Virus record (IMG/VR): IMGVR_UViG_3300045988_125296
DNA length: 64,000 nucleotides
Origin: a virus
Direction: 5' to 3' (one strand)
Positions 10,028-18,424 of this stretch are shown piece after piece (the first letter of the stretch is position 1; every line of letters starts with the position of its first letter). Below the pieces are notes generated by a model. The model was not told where the DNA came from. It saw nothing but the letters and a program-made list of their open reading frames with translations, and did not search any database. The position numbers and the translations under genes were made by a program.

Positions 10028-11026
10028 ATGACAACTCTTTTATTTATTTTAGGTTCAATTTTCATCTTTGTGATGACGGGATTGTTTTTTGGAGAAACAT
10101 CTTCTGCCGGCGCAGAAGGTGGAGGATATGTTTCGATTCCACAAGCAGTCCGTGATTTTTATTCTCGTGAGGTTCTTTTCCAAGCACAGCCCCGTTTGAG
10201 GTTTGCCCAATTTGCTAAGGTTAAACGTGATTTGCAGGCTGTACGAGGAAAATCAATTGTGTTCGTTAAGTATGGAAATCTTACGGGTGGTGGTTCCCTT
10301 GAAGAAAAAGACGTTTTAACGCCGGAAGGAATGACCACTTCTGAGATTACAGTACATGTTAAAGAACAAGCTAATTCTATTCAAGTTACAGAATATTTAC
10401 TTCGTACCTCTTTATTAGACGTATTGGGTGATGCATCTAAACTACTTGCAAATAACATGGCAATAGTCTTGGACGGACAATTCCGTGATACTGTATTGCA
10501 GACTACCAATGTTGTTTATGGAGGTGACGCTACGGGTATCGATGATATTGCGACTGGTGACGCATTTAATACCAAGACTGTAAAGGATGCCGTAGAAACT
10601 CTCGCCACCAATAATGCCCCCCGTATCAATGGAGATTATTATGTATGTATAGCTCACCCGCACCAGCTTCGTCAGCTTCGTGATGACCCCAATTGGATTA
10701 CCGCAAATACTTATATGGGTCGTCGTCAGCTTTATATTGGTGAGGTTGGTATGTATGAAGGGTGTATCTTTATTGAATCTACTCAGATGCCTGTATTAAA
10801 CGCAACCGAATTGACTAAACGTTACGGTAAAGCTGGCTCTTTACAAACGGGTTATGAAGCTGTATTCTTTGGAGAAAATGCTTATGCTTGGGGTATCGCC
10901 CTTGACGTAGAACTTCGTGATGACGGCGTAGTTGAACTCGGACGTAAACATACTCTCGGATGGTATGGTATCTGGGGTACTGGTATTATCGAGGAGAAAA
11001 ACATTGTGAAAGCTCTTACTGCGTAA
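10028..11026 (+). CDS. major capsid protein (HK97 fold, N4-gp56-like)
   Basis: ...AGAEGGGYVSIPQAVRDFYSREVLFQAQPRLRFAQFAK... and YYVCIAHPHQLRQLRDDPNWI are typical of this MCP family. The true start may be ATG 10073 (MTGLFFGE). Confidence 0.8.
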   Translation: MTTLLFILGSIFIFVMTGLFFGETSSAGAEGGGYVSIPQAVRDFYSREVLFQAQPRLRFAQFAKVKRDLQAVRGKSIVFVKYGNLTGGGSLEEKDVLTPEGMTTSEITVHVKEQANSIQVTEYLLRTSLLDVLGDASKLLANNMAIVLDGQFRDTVLQTTNVVYGGDATGIDDIATGDAFNTKTVKDAVETLATNNAPRINGDYYVCIAHPHQLRQLRDDPNWITANTYMGRRQLYIGEVGMYEGCIFIESTQMPVLNATELTKRYGKAGSLQTGYEAVFFGENAYAWGIALDVELRDDGVVELGRKHTLGWYGIWGTGIIEEKNIVKALTA

Positions 11027-11040
11027 GCAGTAGGAGTTTT
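11011..11040 (+). terminator. hairpin enclosing the capsid gene stop codon (terminator/attenuator candidate)
   Basis: AGCTCTTACTGC-GTAA-GCAGTAGGAGTT forms a 12-bp stem (two G-U pairs) and runs into TTTT. The TAA stop sits in the loop. Confidence 0.45.
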
Positions 11041-11066
11041 CCTAAGAGTAGTAACTATAAAAATTT

Positions 11067-11348
11067 TTGACTATGGCAAGAACAAAGTTGAATCCCGAAG
11101 AAGACATTGAAATGCAACCAGATTCTGTACAAGAGTCTATTGAAGAACCCATCGAAGATGTGATACCTAAGAAACAAGAAAATCCTGTGGTAAATACGGG
11201 TAAGAAAAATGTCAAAGTTAGGGTGGTTGAAGACATCGACTGCGTTATCGCTGGCGTTCCTTACCAGTTTCCTAAGAACAAAGAAGTTTCTGTTCCGTCT
11301 GACGTAGCCGCAATTTTTTGTTTTGCCCAAAAGGCATTCAGAATATAA
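11067..11348 (+). CDS. acidic hypothetical protein (head module)
   Basis: 93-aa ORF directly after the capsid gene. Confidence 0.45.
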   Translation: MTMARTKLNPEEDIEMQPDSVQESIEEPIEDVIPKKQENPVVNTGKKNVKVRVVEDIDCVIAGVPYQFPKNKEVSVPSDVAAIFCFAQKAFRI

Positions 11349-11351
11349 TTT

Positions 11352-12335
11352 ATGGCTCAATCTAAGGTAACTTTGAATGAGATAATGATAGCGGTTCGGG
11401 AGCTTACTTTCGACCGCTTCATTATTCCCGCATTTGCCATAAAGCAAATGGGAAGTGACTATTTTGTCAGTATTGATAAGACGTATGTTCCGGAAGTAGA
11501 AGACCCTACCGAAGAAGTTATAAAAGGGAAATTAACCATATACAAAAATGTAAAGGGGTCTGATTTAGATTCTGAGGAACTGACCAAAAACATAATCGTA
11601 GACCTTCCTTTTAATGCCTATCGGACATTAGAGGATTTAATGAACGCTTTAATAGAAGCTAATATTGTTGTATCTTATACTCCATATTTTAGGGGAACTA
11701 CGGCTTCTGACTTTCTTATTCAGGTTAAAGATGTAGAGCTTACAGATAATTTTACTGCTTTTAGACGCTATTTTTTCTCTAATGAGGAAATTGAAGAGAT
11801 GATTCGGTGGTACTACTTTGTCGTATTGGACATCAAAGACGTAGAACTTACCGATGAAATTGTTGGCAGACTTATTCGTCCGTCAGAAAAACACCTTGCT
11901 ATTTGGGTATCGTATTATTTGGTAGGTAAACGAAGACTATATGAAGTAGCTGCTGGCTCCATAGGTCAAAATTTTACTGATGGCTCAGACTATGTTGGAA
12001 CAGACACTTCTTCTGCCGTAGGAACTACCACTACCACACAAATAGGCTCTGTTTTCACTATTACAGAAGACCCCTCTACTGGATATTTCTATGAAGATTT
12101 CAATAGAGTTGGTTCTGACAATGTTTTAGGTGATAGATATAGTTTTTGGTATAAACTAATGCTATATTTAAGAGATTTGCTTGAAACTCAATTCGGAGAT
12201 TACTCCTTACGTAAGGATAATGTTATTCCGGGTTATATTTCATTGCAACGAGAACTTGACTTCCGCAGCTACTATGATAGCTATCCCTTTACTCTATCTC
12301 CGCTTTCTCGTGGAATTTTATCTAAGACACCGTAG
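11352..12335 (+). CDS. hypothetical structural protein (head/neck module)
   Basis: 327-aa ORF. Assigned by position only. Confidence 0.5.
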   Translation: MAQSKVTLNEIMIAVRELTFDRFIIPAFAIKQMGSDYFVSIDKTYVPEVEDPTEEVIKGKLTIYKNVKGSDLDSEELTKNIIVDLPFNAYRTLEDLMNALIEANIVVSYTPYFRGTTASDFLIQVKDVELTDNFTAFRRYFFSNEEIEEMIRWYYFVVLDIKDVELTDEIVGRLIRPSEKHLAIWVSYYLVGKRRLYEVAAGSIGQNFTDGSDYVGTDTSSAVGTTTTTQIGSVFTITEDPSTGYFYEDFNRVGSDNVLGDRYSFWYKLMLYLRDLLETQFGDYSLRKDNVIPGYISLQRELDFRSYYDSYPFTLSPLSRGILSKTP

Positions 12336-12337
12336 AT

Positions 12338-12781
12338 ATGTTAGTATCTAAGACCAAATTCTTACAGTATCAAAGTATGTTTTATAAGAAGTTATTAAAG
12401 ACTCCTTATAAGATACAGCTTGAAATTATTACTGTTCAAAAGATAGAACCGACTGGGGAATTTTCTATTGAGGCATTTGTTGGTGACAGCCCTCGAAAAT
12501 CTGAATTTTACGAATTTCGAGCACTCTATGAAAAAGAAATTTCTAACCGTACACGAGAAAAGTACGGTTTACCACAAGAGGTTAATGGTGTAGTATATCT
12601 TTCACCGAGACAACTTGTTCCGAAATTTGGAGACTACCATCTTGATTGGAATAAAACTAAGGTACATTTTGAGGGCAGAACGCAAGTTATCGATAAGATT
12701 GTGTATCTCGAAGAGTTTAAGGAATATGGTAGCTGTGTCGGTATTCAGATATTCGTGAAAGACGATTTGAAAGGGGGATAG
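12338..12781 (+). CDS. hypothetical protein (possible head-tail connector)
   Basis: 147-aa ORF. Assigned by position only. Confidence 0.45.
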   Translation: MLVSKTKFLQYQSMFYKKLLKTPYKIQLEIITVQKIEPTGEFSIEAFVGDSPRKSEFYEFRALYEKEISNRTREKYGLPQEVNGVVYLSPRQLVPKFGDYHLDWNKTKVHFEGRTQVIDKIVYLEEFKEYGSCVGIQIFVKDDLKGG

Positions 12782-12786
12782 GACTT

Positions 12787-13122
12787 ATGAAAAGACATCG
12801 TGTTACAAGGCATTGCAAATCTGGAAAGTGTGTGACTTATTGGAGAGGTAAAGAAGGTTCTCGACGTTTCGGTGAAGGAAAAGAATTTGAAAGTAAGTTT
12901 TCTTCTTCACGTATAAACAGAGTTAACAACGCTTATGATGAAGCGGGTGTTGCTGCTCCGAAAGGAAAAGGAATCCATACGGTTGCTTTCCATGAAAGAG
13001 CTGCTAAAATTATGGGGTCCATGAAAAAATCTGGAAAAGGAGTAAATCGTAACGAAGCATACGCTATTGCGATGAAACAACTTGGACGTAAGAAGTCAGT
13101 ATTAAAGAAACATCAAAAATAA
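12787..13122 (+). CDS. highly basic protein, degenerate copy of the N-terminal basic motif
   Basis: MKRHRVTRHCKSGKCVTYWRGK... 111 aa, K/R-rich. Confidence 0.5.
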   Translation: MKRHRVTRHCKSGKCVTYWRGKEGSRRFGEGKEFESKFSSSRINRVNNAYDEAGVAAPKGKGIHTVAFHERAAKIMGSMKKSGKGVNRNEAYAIAMKQLGRKKSVLKKHQK

Positions 13123-13128
13123 TTTATT

Positions 13129-13308
13129 ATGGGTGGTGTTATTAAACGAGAAAATCCCAAAGGTATTCAACGTGCCAAATATACCAAAGGTTTTCGTGAG
13201 CAAAGTGAGGTAAAGGCTGCTTATGAACAAGTGGGGTGGACTCCTAATAGGAATACTAAAAGTTGGTATAGGGATATTTATGAGTTTTATCAAAAAAATG
13301 AGGTGTAG
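13129..13308 (+). CDS. hypothetical protein (59 aa)
   Basis: Hand-translated: MGGVIKRENPKGIQRAKYTKGFREQSEVKAAYEQVGWTPNRNTKSWYRDIYEFYQKNEV*. One codon below the track cutoff. Fills the gap. Confidence 0.4.
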   Translation: MGGVIKRENPKGIQRAKYTKGFREQSEVKAAYEQVGWTPNRNTKSWYRDIYEFYQKNEV

Positions 13309-13310
13309 TT

Positions 13311-13490
13311 ATGGGGTATGTAAATAAAAACGGCAAGCCAATTAAGAAAAATCATTCTACTTGCCAGCCAGTTATGAAATCTTGGGGACTTGGTGAAGGA
13401 AGACCTCCCCTTACTTCTGACCCAGAAAATCCGATTAAGATGTTTGCCGAATACGAGGAAGACACTGAAAAGGATAAAGATAAGAGGTAA
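13311..13490 (+). CDS. hypothetical protein (59 aa)
   Basis: Hand-translated: MGYVNKNGKPIKKNHSTCQPVMKSWGLGEGRPPLTSDPENPIKMFAEYEEDTEKDKDKR*. Ends 3 nt before ATG 13494. Confidence 0.4.
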   Translation: MGYVNKNGKPIKKNHSTCQPVMKSWGLGEGRPPLTSDPENPIKMFAEYEEDTEKDKDKR

Positions 13491-13493
13491 GCC

Positions 13494-13955
13494 ATGCCGA
13501 AGTTTCCGAGAATGCCGAAATCTTTACTCAAACCTCCTCCCAAATTTAAGAAACCGAAAGTTAAAGATTTTGTTTCTGATATGCAGAGACTCGGTGAAGA
13601 AATTGCGGAGGATTTTAAGGATACTATTATCAAGAATATTGAGGAGAATACTTACGGTTTTATCTTGAAACCGTCTACTGAGATTAAGAAAAAGTCAGAC
13701 ATTCCGTTAATAGATTCTCGTCAACTTATTGATGCTATTTATAGAGAAGGAACTACTGTTTCGGTTGAGGACACCCCACGAGACGATAGTTCTTTGTCTA
13801 ATTTAGAGCTATCTATCATACATGAGTATGGAACAAAAGACAAACATATTCCGGCAAGACCAGTATGGAGACAAACATACAAGGATTTCAAGGAAGTAGC
13901 CCATGAAAGAATTTCAGAATTTTTGAAGAACCCTAAATTTAAGTCACATGAATGA
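13494..13955 (+). CDS. HK97 gp10-like head-tail/tail-completion protein
   Basis: IIHEYGTKDKHIPARPVWRQ resembles the gp10-family E.G...pARPf motif. Located in the neck module. Confidence 0.45.
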   Translation: MPKFPRMPKSLLKPPPKFKKPKVKDFVSDMQRLGEEIAEDFKDTIIKNIEENTYGFILKPSTEIKKKSDIPLIDSRQLIDAIYREGTTVSVEDTPRDDSSLSNLELSIIHEYGTKDKHIPARPVWRQTYKDFKEVAHERISEFLKNPKFKSHE

Positions 13956-14394
13956 GGTTGCTATAAAAGCGCATACACGGCGTAGTAAGAGTGGTAAACA
14001 GATACAAGTCAAAGGTTACACTCGTAGAATTGGACGAAAAGGAGTTCATTCTCCAAAGCGAGAGAAAAACTCTGGGGAAGAATTGGTTGCAAAAGTTGCT
14101 GAGAAGAAATCTCCTATTTCTAAGGAAGAACTTGAAAGACGCTTAAAATGGGAAGAAGATTTTAAACGCTCCGAAGCTGAACGAAAATCATTGGGAATGT
14201 CTCCTGAAAAATATTCACGTTACAAGTTGGCTGAGAGTGAAAGACGTGAACGTGCAGAGCACGCTGCTAAAAAGGCTTCTGAAAAAAACCCTCTATCCAA
14301 GAAAGGTTCTCAAAATATTTTAGAGCGGATTGAAGATAAAATCGCTAAATTTGTAGAGAAGTATAGTGGTAAGAAATATAAAAGAGCATTATGA
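13948..14394 (+). CDS. basic protein with the N-terminal K-SGK hairpin-like motif
   Basis: IKAHTRRSKSGKQIQVKGYTRR at the N-terminus. The remainder is K/E/R-rich. Confidence 0.55.
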   Translation: MNEVAIKAHTRRSKSGKQIQVKGYTRRIGRKGVHSPKREKNSGEELVAKVAEKKSPISKEELERRLKWEEDFKRSEAERKSLGMSPEKYSRYKLAESERRERAEHAAKKASEKNPLSKKGSQNILERIEDKIAKFVEKYSGKKYKRAL

Positions 14395-14645
14395 GTTTTA
14401 TGAAGAAACTTATACAAAATAACAGTGGAGTAAGTTCTAAGAGTTTTTTCTTAGTTGTTGTTACTTGTATTGGGTGCTTGCTCTTGCTGATTGTTGGGTT
14501 TGTATTGGTATTCGAGGTCATTAAGTCTGGAACAATAAAGACTGACTTAAACGGCTTATCTTTATTTGTCGGCAGTATTACTGCGCTTTTCGGTGCTGCC
14601 GGACTTACGAAATGTTTAGGAGAGCGAAATGAAAAACAGAAGTGA
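14391..14645 (+). CDS. small membrane protein (2 TM, holin-like topology)
   Basis: Two hydrophobic spans, FFLVVVTCIGCLLLLIVGFVLVF and LSLFVGSITALFGAAGL. ATGA overlap with the upstream gene. Confidence 0.45.
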   Translation: MSFMKKLIQNNSGVSSKSFFLVVVTCIGCLLLLIVGFVLVFEVIKSGTIKTDLNGLSLFVGSITALFGAAGLTKCLGERNEKQK

Positions 14646-14824
14646 CTATGAAAAAGAAGATTATTTTTTGGGTCGTTGTAGTGGTCTTACTTGTAGGTAT
14701 CGTTTTATACGTTCATTATGTAAGCCCCATTTCCGTATTGGTTAACGTTCTTGTTCTTGGAGTAGGAGCAGTTCTTGGCTGGGTATCTCATATCTTATAC
14801 GGAAAATATTTTTCTAAGAAGTAG
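14642..14824 (+). CDS. small membrane protein (2 TM)
   Basis: IIFWVVVVVLLVGIVLYV and VLVLGVGAVLGWVSHIL. 60 aa. Confidence 0.45.
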   Translation: MTMKKKIIFWVVVVVLLVGIVLYVHYVSPISVLVNVLVLGVGAVLGWVSHILYGKYFSKK

Positions 14825-14826
14825 TT

Positions 14827-15654
14827 ATGCTGTGTAGTATCCGACAGGTAAATGAAGAATTTTTCCGAAAATTCTATGGCCTTAAAATGGTTATAGGAGG
14901 TTCGGAACAAACTGTTTTGTGTAGGTATGCCAAGAAATCAAGCTATGACTATGTTGAGGAGCAGCTTAATCAAGTTTACCCGTGTATAGTGATTCAAGAT
15001 TATGTCCCTACGCCAAAAGATGAATGGTATATAGATATGCATGCTTATTTTGGTGGGAAATCATCTGACGGATTAACAGGATACTTATTTCTTAGACCTA
15101 TTTGGATGGATTTTCGTTATGATGTAAGTATTGTAGCTAAGAGTTATAATGACTTTTCCGCTATGAAAGATTACTTCATGACGCATTTTGTTTATGGAAA
15201 AAGATTCATATTCAATAAAAAACTTAGTGGCGAAGATACAGTAGGTGATATTGTTCCCTATACTATAAGAGAAACAGATATACCCAGAAATGATGGTTGC
15301 TTTGAGACGAACTATGAATTTACTTGCTCTGTTTGGCTTTATCCGAGAACTCCGGAAGAAGTTTCTCTTATTCAAGAAGTTGTTATTTGTGGAAGTCCTC
15401 GACTTTTGTCTGAGAATATTAACGAATTTATTTCTAAGGATAATTGTATTATCATCACAAAAGATGGTAGTATTTTTGCTCCGACAGGAGTTTATATATC
15501 GAAGTATACTGGCTATGAGATAGACCAAATTCTTGGGAAAGCGGTAGAATCTTCTACATACGACCATATTGAGAAGGTTACTGAGAAAGAATATGAAGAA
15601 CTCTTAGATAAAGATTCTCGTACTCTATATGTAGTTATAAAAGATGAACCCTGA
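14827..15654 (+). CDS. hypothetical structural protein (neck/tail terminator candidate)
   Basis: 275-aa ORF. Assigned by position only. Confidence 0.45.
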   Translation: MLCSIRQVNEEFFRKFYGLKMVIGGSEQTVLCRYAKKSSYDYVEEQLNQVYPCIVIQDYVPTPKDEWYIDMHAYFGGKSSDGLTGYLFLRPIWMDFRYDVSIVAKSYNDFSAMKDYFMTHFVYGKRFIFNKKLSGEDTVGDIVPYTIRETDIPRNDGCFETNYEFTCSVWLYPRTPEEVSLIQEVVICGSPRLLSENINEFISKDNCIIITKDGSIFAPTGVYISKYTGYEIDQILGKAVESSTYDHIEKVTEKEYEELLDKDSRTLYVVIKDEP

Positions 15655-15835
15655 TGTCGTAAATATAAAATCTGGAAATCTTCAAGTTAAGAGCGTTTAT
15701 TCGGGTGAGGAAAAAGTATGGCCCCAATCGTTCATAGACGTGAAGCCCAAGTATCTTTTTTTCTCAGATATGGAAAGTTCGGGGATTGTTGATGTTATTG
15801 CGAATGTTGATTGGAATGTTAAAGTTAAACTATAA
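15644..15835 (+). CDS. small protein ending in the first half of a BACON/Ig-like repeat
   Basis: C-terminus FIDVKPKYLFFSDMESSGIVDVIANVDWNVKVKL* fits L.V.P..l.f...G....V.V.sN..W.v. Confidence 0.5.
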   Translation: MNPDVVNIKSGNLQVKSVYSGEEKVWPQSFIDVKPKYLFFSDMESSGIVDVIANVDWNVKVKL

Positions 15836-15846
15836 AAGATTCTATT

Positions 15847-16455
15847 ATGGCTAAACCCAATTGGTTAGTAGTGAACCCCTCAACGGGGTCAGGAAATGGG
15901 ACTATTTCGAATAGTTCAAGTGAGCATACTGGTCGTGTTGCTCGTACTGGAACTGTGACTGTTACGGGAGTTGGAGTTTCTACTCCTGCAACGTATAAAG
16001 TTACACAGTCTCCAAAGGCAGAATTTGCCTCTTTTGATAATGGCTCTGAAATGTCGGCTCCAAAAACTGCGGGTAAAGTAACCGTAGCCGGTAAGTCAAA
16101 CTCATCAAAACTTGTTTTTAGTTGGCTTGGAGAAGTTACAGACGTTGAGATTCCTGCCACCTATAAAGCTGGTGGTGTTGTGACAAATAACGATGCGGAG
16201 ATTGAAGGAGACCCCGGAGCTTCTGCACAATTTGCATTTAGCATTGAGCTGGATTTCCCCTTAAATGATACGGTTGAAGAAGTAGAACGTACTTTAATTG
16301 TTACGGCAAATGGAGGGCAGGCTTCTCAGATTCTTATCAAACAAGCTGCTGGTGACGCTCGTTTGGAAGTTTCTCCGAAAGAAATTACTATACCTCAATC
16401 AGGAGATGCCGTTTCCGTTTCTGTTACTTCTAACACAAGTTGGACTGTATCATAA
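15847..16455 (+). CDS. BACON/Ig-like repeat protein (half-domain, full domain, half-domain)
   Basis: N-terminus: NWLVVNPSTGSGNGTI...RVARTGTVTVTG...TYKVTQ. Middle: an Ig-like unit ending ERTLIVTANGGQASQILIKQAAG. C-terminus: LEVSPKEITIPQSGDAVSVSVTSNTSWTVS*. Confidence 0.65.
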   Translation: MAKPNWLVVNPSTGSGNGTISNSSSEHTGRVARTGTVTVTGVGVSTPATYKVTQSPKAEFASFDNGSEMSAPKTAGKVTVAGKSNSSKLVFSWLGEVTDVEIPATYKAGGVVTNNDAEIEGDPGASAQFAFSIELDFPLNDTVEEVERTLIVTANGGQASQILIKQAAGDARLEVSPKEITIPQSGDAVSVSVTSNTSWTVS

Positions 16456-16466
16456 TTTAGACAATT

Positions 16467-16763
16467 GTGATAAAAACGGTAAAATGGAAAAAAGGAAACG
16501 GGTACATCACTATAACATATTCGGGATTAAAGGACGATATTGTTGTTATAAAGAGTGATGCAAATACCTTGTTCGAAGATAGGGAGCAAACTATAACGTT
16601 TTCTACCCTATCTTTGGACATTTCCAAAACCGTAAAGGTTACTCAGAAAGGAATTATTGTTGATGGTGGCGATTCTTCTGGAAATCGTACTATTATTGTT
16701 GATGGTGGAGTAGCCTCCACAGTTCTTTGGACAGATGGCATTGATTCAGGAGGAGCTATTTGA
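16467..16763 (+). CDS. protein starting with the second half of a BACON/Ig-like repeat (GTG start, no in-frame ATG)
   Basis: (V)IKTVKWKKGNGYITITYSG...ANTLFEDREQTITFST...TVKVTQKG. The ORF has no ATG codon in frame. Confidence 0.5.
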   Translation: MIKTVKWKKGNGYITITYSGLKDDIVVIKSDANTLFEDREQTITFSTLSLDISKTVKVTQKGIIVDGGDSSGNRTIIVDGGVASTVLWTDGIDSGGAI

Positions 16764-16805
16764 TTATGCCGAATATTTTTGTATTTTCGCAATAAAAGAT
16801 GAATT

Positions 16806-16991
16806 ATGAGTGAGAAAGAAACTTCCTTAAAGGAATCTAAGAAAAAGAAAACTAAATTTGTTCGTAATAGGAGCGGACATCGAGTTGAGCTTGTTTTTGA
16901 GGGCAAGGTATGGGTATTTCTTCCCGGAAAACTTACAGAAGCTCCTGTTGAGTTAGATATACCTAATGGTATAGGACTTTATGTAAGATGA
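16806..16991 (+). CDS. hypothetical small protein
   Basis: 61-aa ORF. ATGA overlap with the next gene. Confidence 0.4.
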   Translation: MSEKETSLKESKKKKTKFVRNRSGHRVELVFEGKVWVFLPGKLTEAPVELDIPNGIGLYVR

Positions 16992-17458
16992 TAGTAGGGT
17001 TTACCATAACTGATTTTAAGGGGTTTGAGCAGGCTGCTGTCGAGTTCATTCAGAAAGTGTGTATACTTGAAGACCCTTCTATTGCACAGAATATTGTGGA
17101 TGCTGGGGTCGGTGTAAATATATTCTCGGCTTCCTTGACTCTTGAAGAATTACAAGAACAGCCTTTTGAGTCCACCCCGATAGAAACTCAGGACGGTAAA
17201 TATTTGATTGTTTCTATCGTAAATTTTAACTTAGAACTCCTATATAATAACGTTATACTTAGACTGTTACCTACTGAATATATCTATGTGGAGCCTTCCG
17301 AGATGTTTCAGTTTGAGACGTATTTAAAGCAAGGTCTTGTAAGGGCTATTCCAGATTTATTTTCTTCTGATATTGATTGGATTCTCCAAAGCGGCTCTTG
17401 GAATGACGATAACGTATGGGTTGATTCTGCTATGTGGAGGGATTCAGATGAACAGTAA
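16988..17458 (+). CDS. acidic hypothetical protein
   Basis: 156-aa ORF. Confidence 0.45.
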   Translation: MIVGFTITDFKGFEQAAVEFIQKVCILEDPSIAQNIVDAGVGVNIFSASLTLEELQEQPFESTPIETQDGKYLIVSIVNFNLELLYNNVILRLLPTEYIYVEPSEMFQFETYLKQGLVRAIPDLFSSDIDWILQSGSWNDDNVWVDSAMWRDSDEQ

Positions 17459-17822
17459 AATTGTTGAGACGCTTGAACTCATGTGTGATAAAGAAAATTT
17501 GCAAGATAAGAAGATTCTTCTCCTTGCGGAGCTTGTTGAAACAAAGTGCGAGGCTTTAAGTAAAAATCAAGACGGGCTTAAAAAATCTCTTGAAGAAACC
17601 AACACTAAATTGGATAAACTTACAGGTCTTCTTGAAAGATATGAAGACGACACACATGGATGCCCTGTTTATAAGAATAAAGAGTCTTTTGAGAAACTTT
17701 CTTTTTTCGTCAAATACCCCAAAATCACCACATTTGTAGTTATGGGTATATTAGCTTTTACTATCGGGTTTTTAGGTACAAAGGTTATTAAATTTTTAAA
17801 TACTCTTTTTAGTCTACTATGA
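17448..17822 (+). CDS. coiled-coil protein with C-terminal transmembrane anchor (lysis-associated candidate)
   Basis: ATG 17448 (MNSKIVETLEL) is preferred over 17373, which overlaps the upstream gene. C-terminal TM: ITTFVVMGILAFTIGFLGTKVI. ATGA overlap with the amidase gene. Confidence 0.45.
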   Translation: MNSKIVETLELMCDKENLQDKKILLLAELVETKCEALSKNQDGLKKSLEETNTKLDKLTGLLERYEDDTHGCPVYKNKESFEKLSFFVKYPKITTFVVMGILAFTIGFLGTKVIKFLNTLFSLL

Positions 17823-18421
17823 AAGCTATAACTATTATTTTTGACCCTGCACATGGAAAAGACGTAAAAGGTAAATGTTCTCCTGATGGTAGACATAAAG
17901 AATATTTGTGGAGCAGGGATAGGATAAATAACCTTGTTCCCAGATTAAAATCTTTGGGCTATGACGTTTATGTTACTACCGACTCAGATAATGAGCCGGG
18001 TCTTTTTTACAGAAAAAAATTTGCCACTCAATTAAAAACTGGGAATAGAAAACTTCTAATTTCTTTGCATAATAATGCTGCTGGAAGTGGTCTTTCTTGG
18101 ATGTCAGCACAGGGAGTTGAGGTCTACACGACTCCCGGAGTAACAGATGCTGATGTTTGTTCAGATATTATTCTTAGTCAATTCAAAAAGGATTTTCCGG
18201 AATTTAAAATGCGCTTTTATAAAGACTCCTATCTTGAACGTGATAAAGAGGCTTCTTTTACGGTTTTAATGGGGTCCGGCTATATGGGGATTCTTATTGA
18301 ATGGCTTTTTCAAGACAATAAAGACGACGTTATTTTTCTTGCCGATTTAAAAATAAATCGTAAATTTGAGAACTCCCTCGTAGAATCTATCGAACAAATA
18401 AACGAACACTTTAAGAGTTAG
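17819..18421 (+). CDS. N-acetylmuramoyl-L-alanine amidase (endolysin, Amidase_3-like)
   Basis: IIFDPAHGKDVKG...LLISLHNNAAG...GVEVYT...ASFTVLMGSGYMGILIEWLFQDNKDD fits the Amidase_3 pattern. Confidence 0.8.
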   Translation: MKAITIIFDPAHGKDVKGKCSPDGRHKEYLWSRDRINNLVPRLKSLGYDVYVTTDSDNEPGLFYRKKFATQLKTGNRKLLISLHNNAAGSGLSWMSAQGVEVYTTPGVTDADVCSDIILSQFKKDFPEFKMRFYKDSYLERDKEASFTVLMGSGYMGILIEWLFQDNKDDVIFLADLKINRKFENSLVESIEQINEHFKS

Positions 18422-18424
18422 AAC

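Noticed and set aside
15826-15850. Programmed -1 frameshift or ribosomal bypass as the link between the split BACON-like ORFs.
   Set aside because: The 4-nt window in which the two frames are both open at junction 1 holds no X_XXY_YYZ heptamer. The P/A-site codons GUU-AAA and AAA-CUA re-pair poorly. A matching CUA landing codon at 15842 stays in the wrong frame. At junction 2 a TAG in the downstream frame lies after the upstream stop. I keep this only as a low-probability alternative in the finding.
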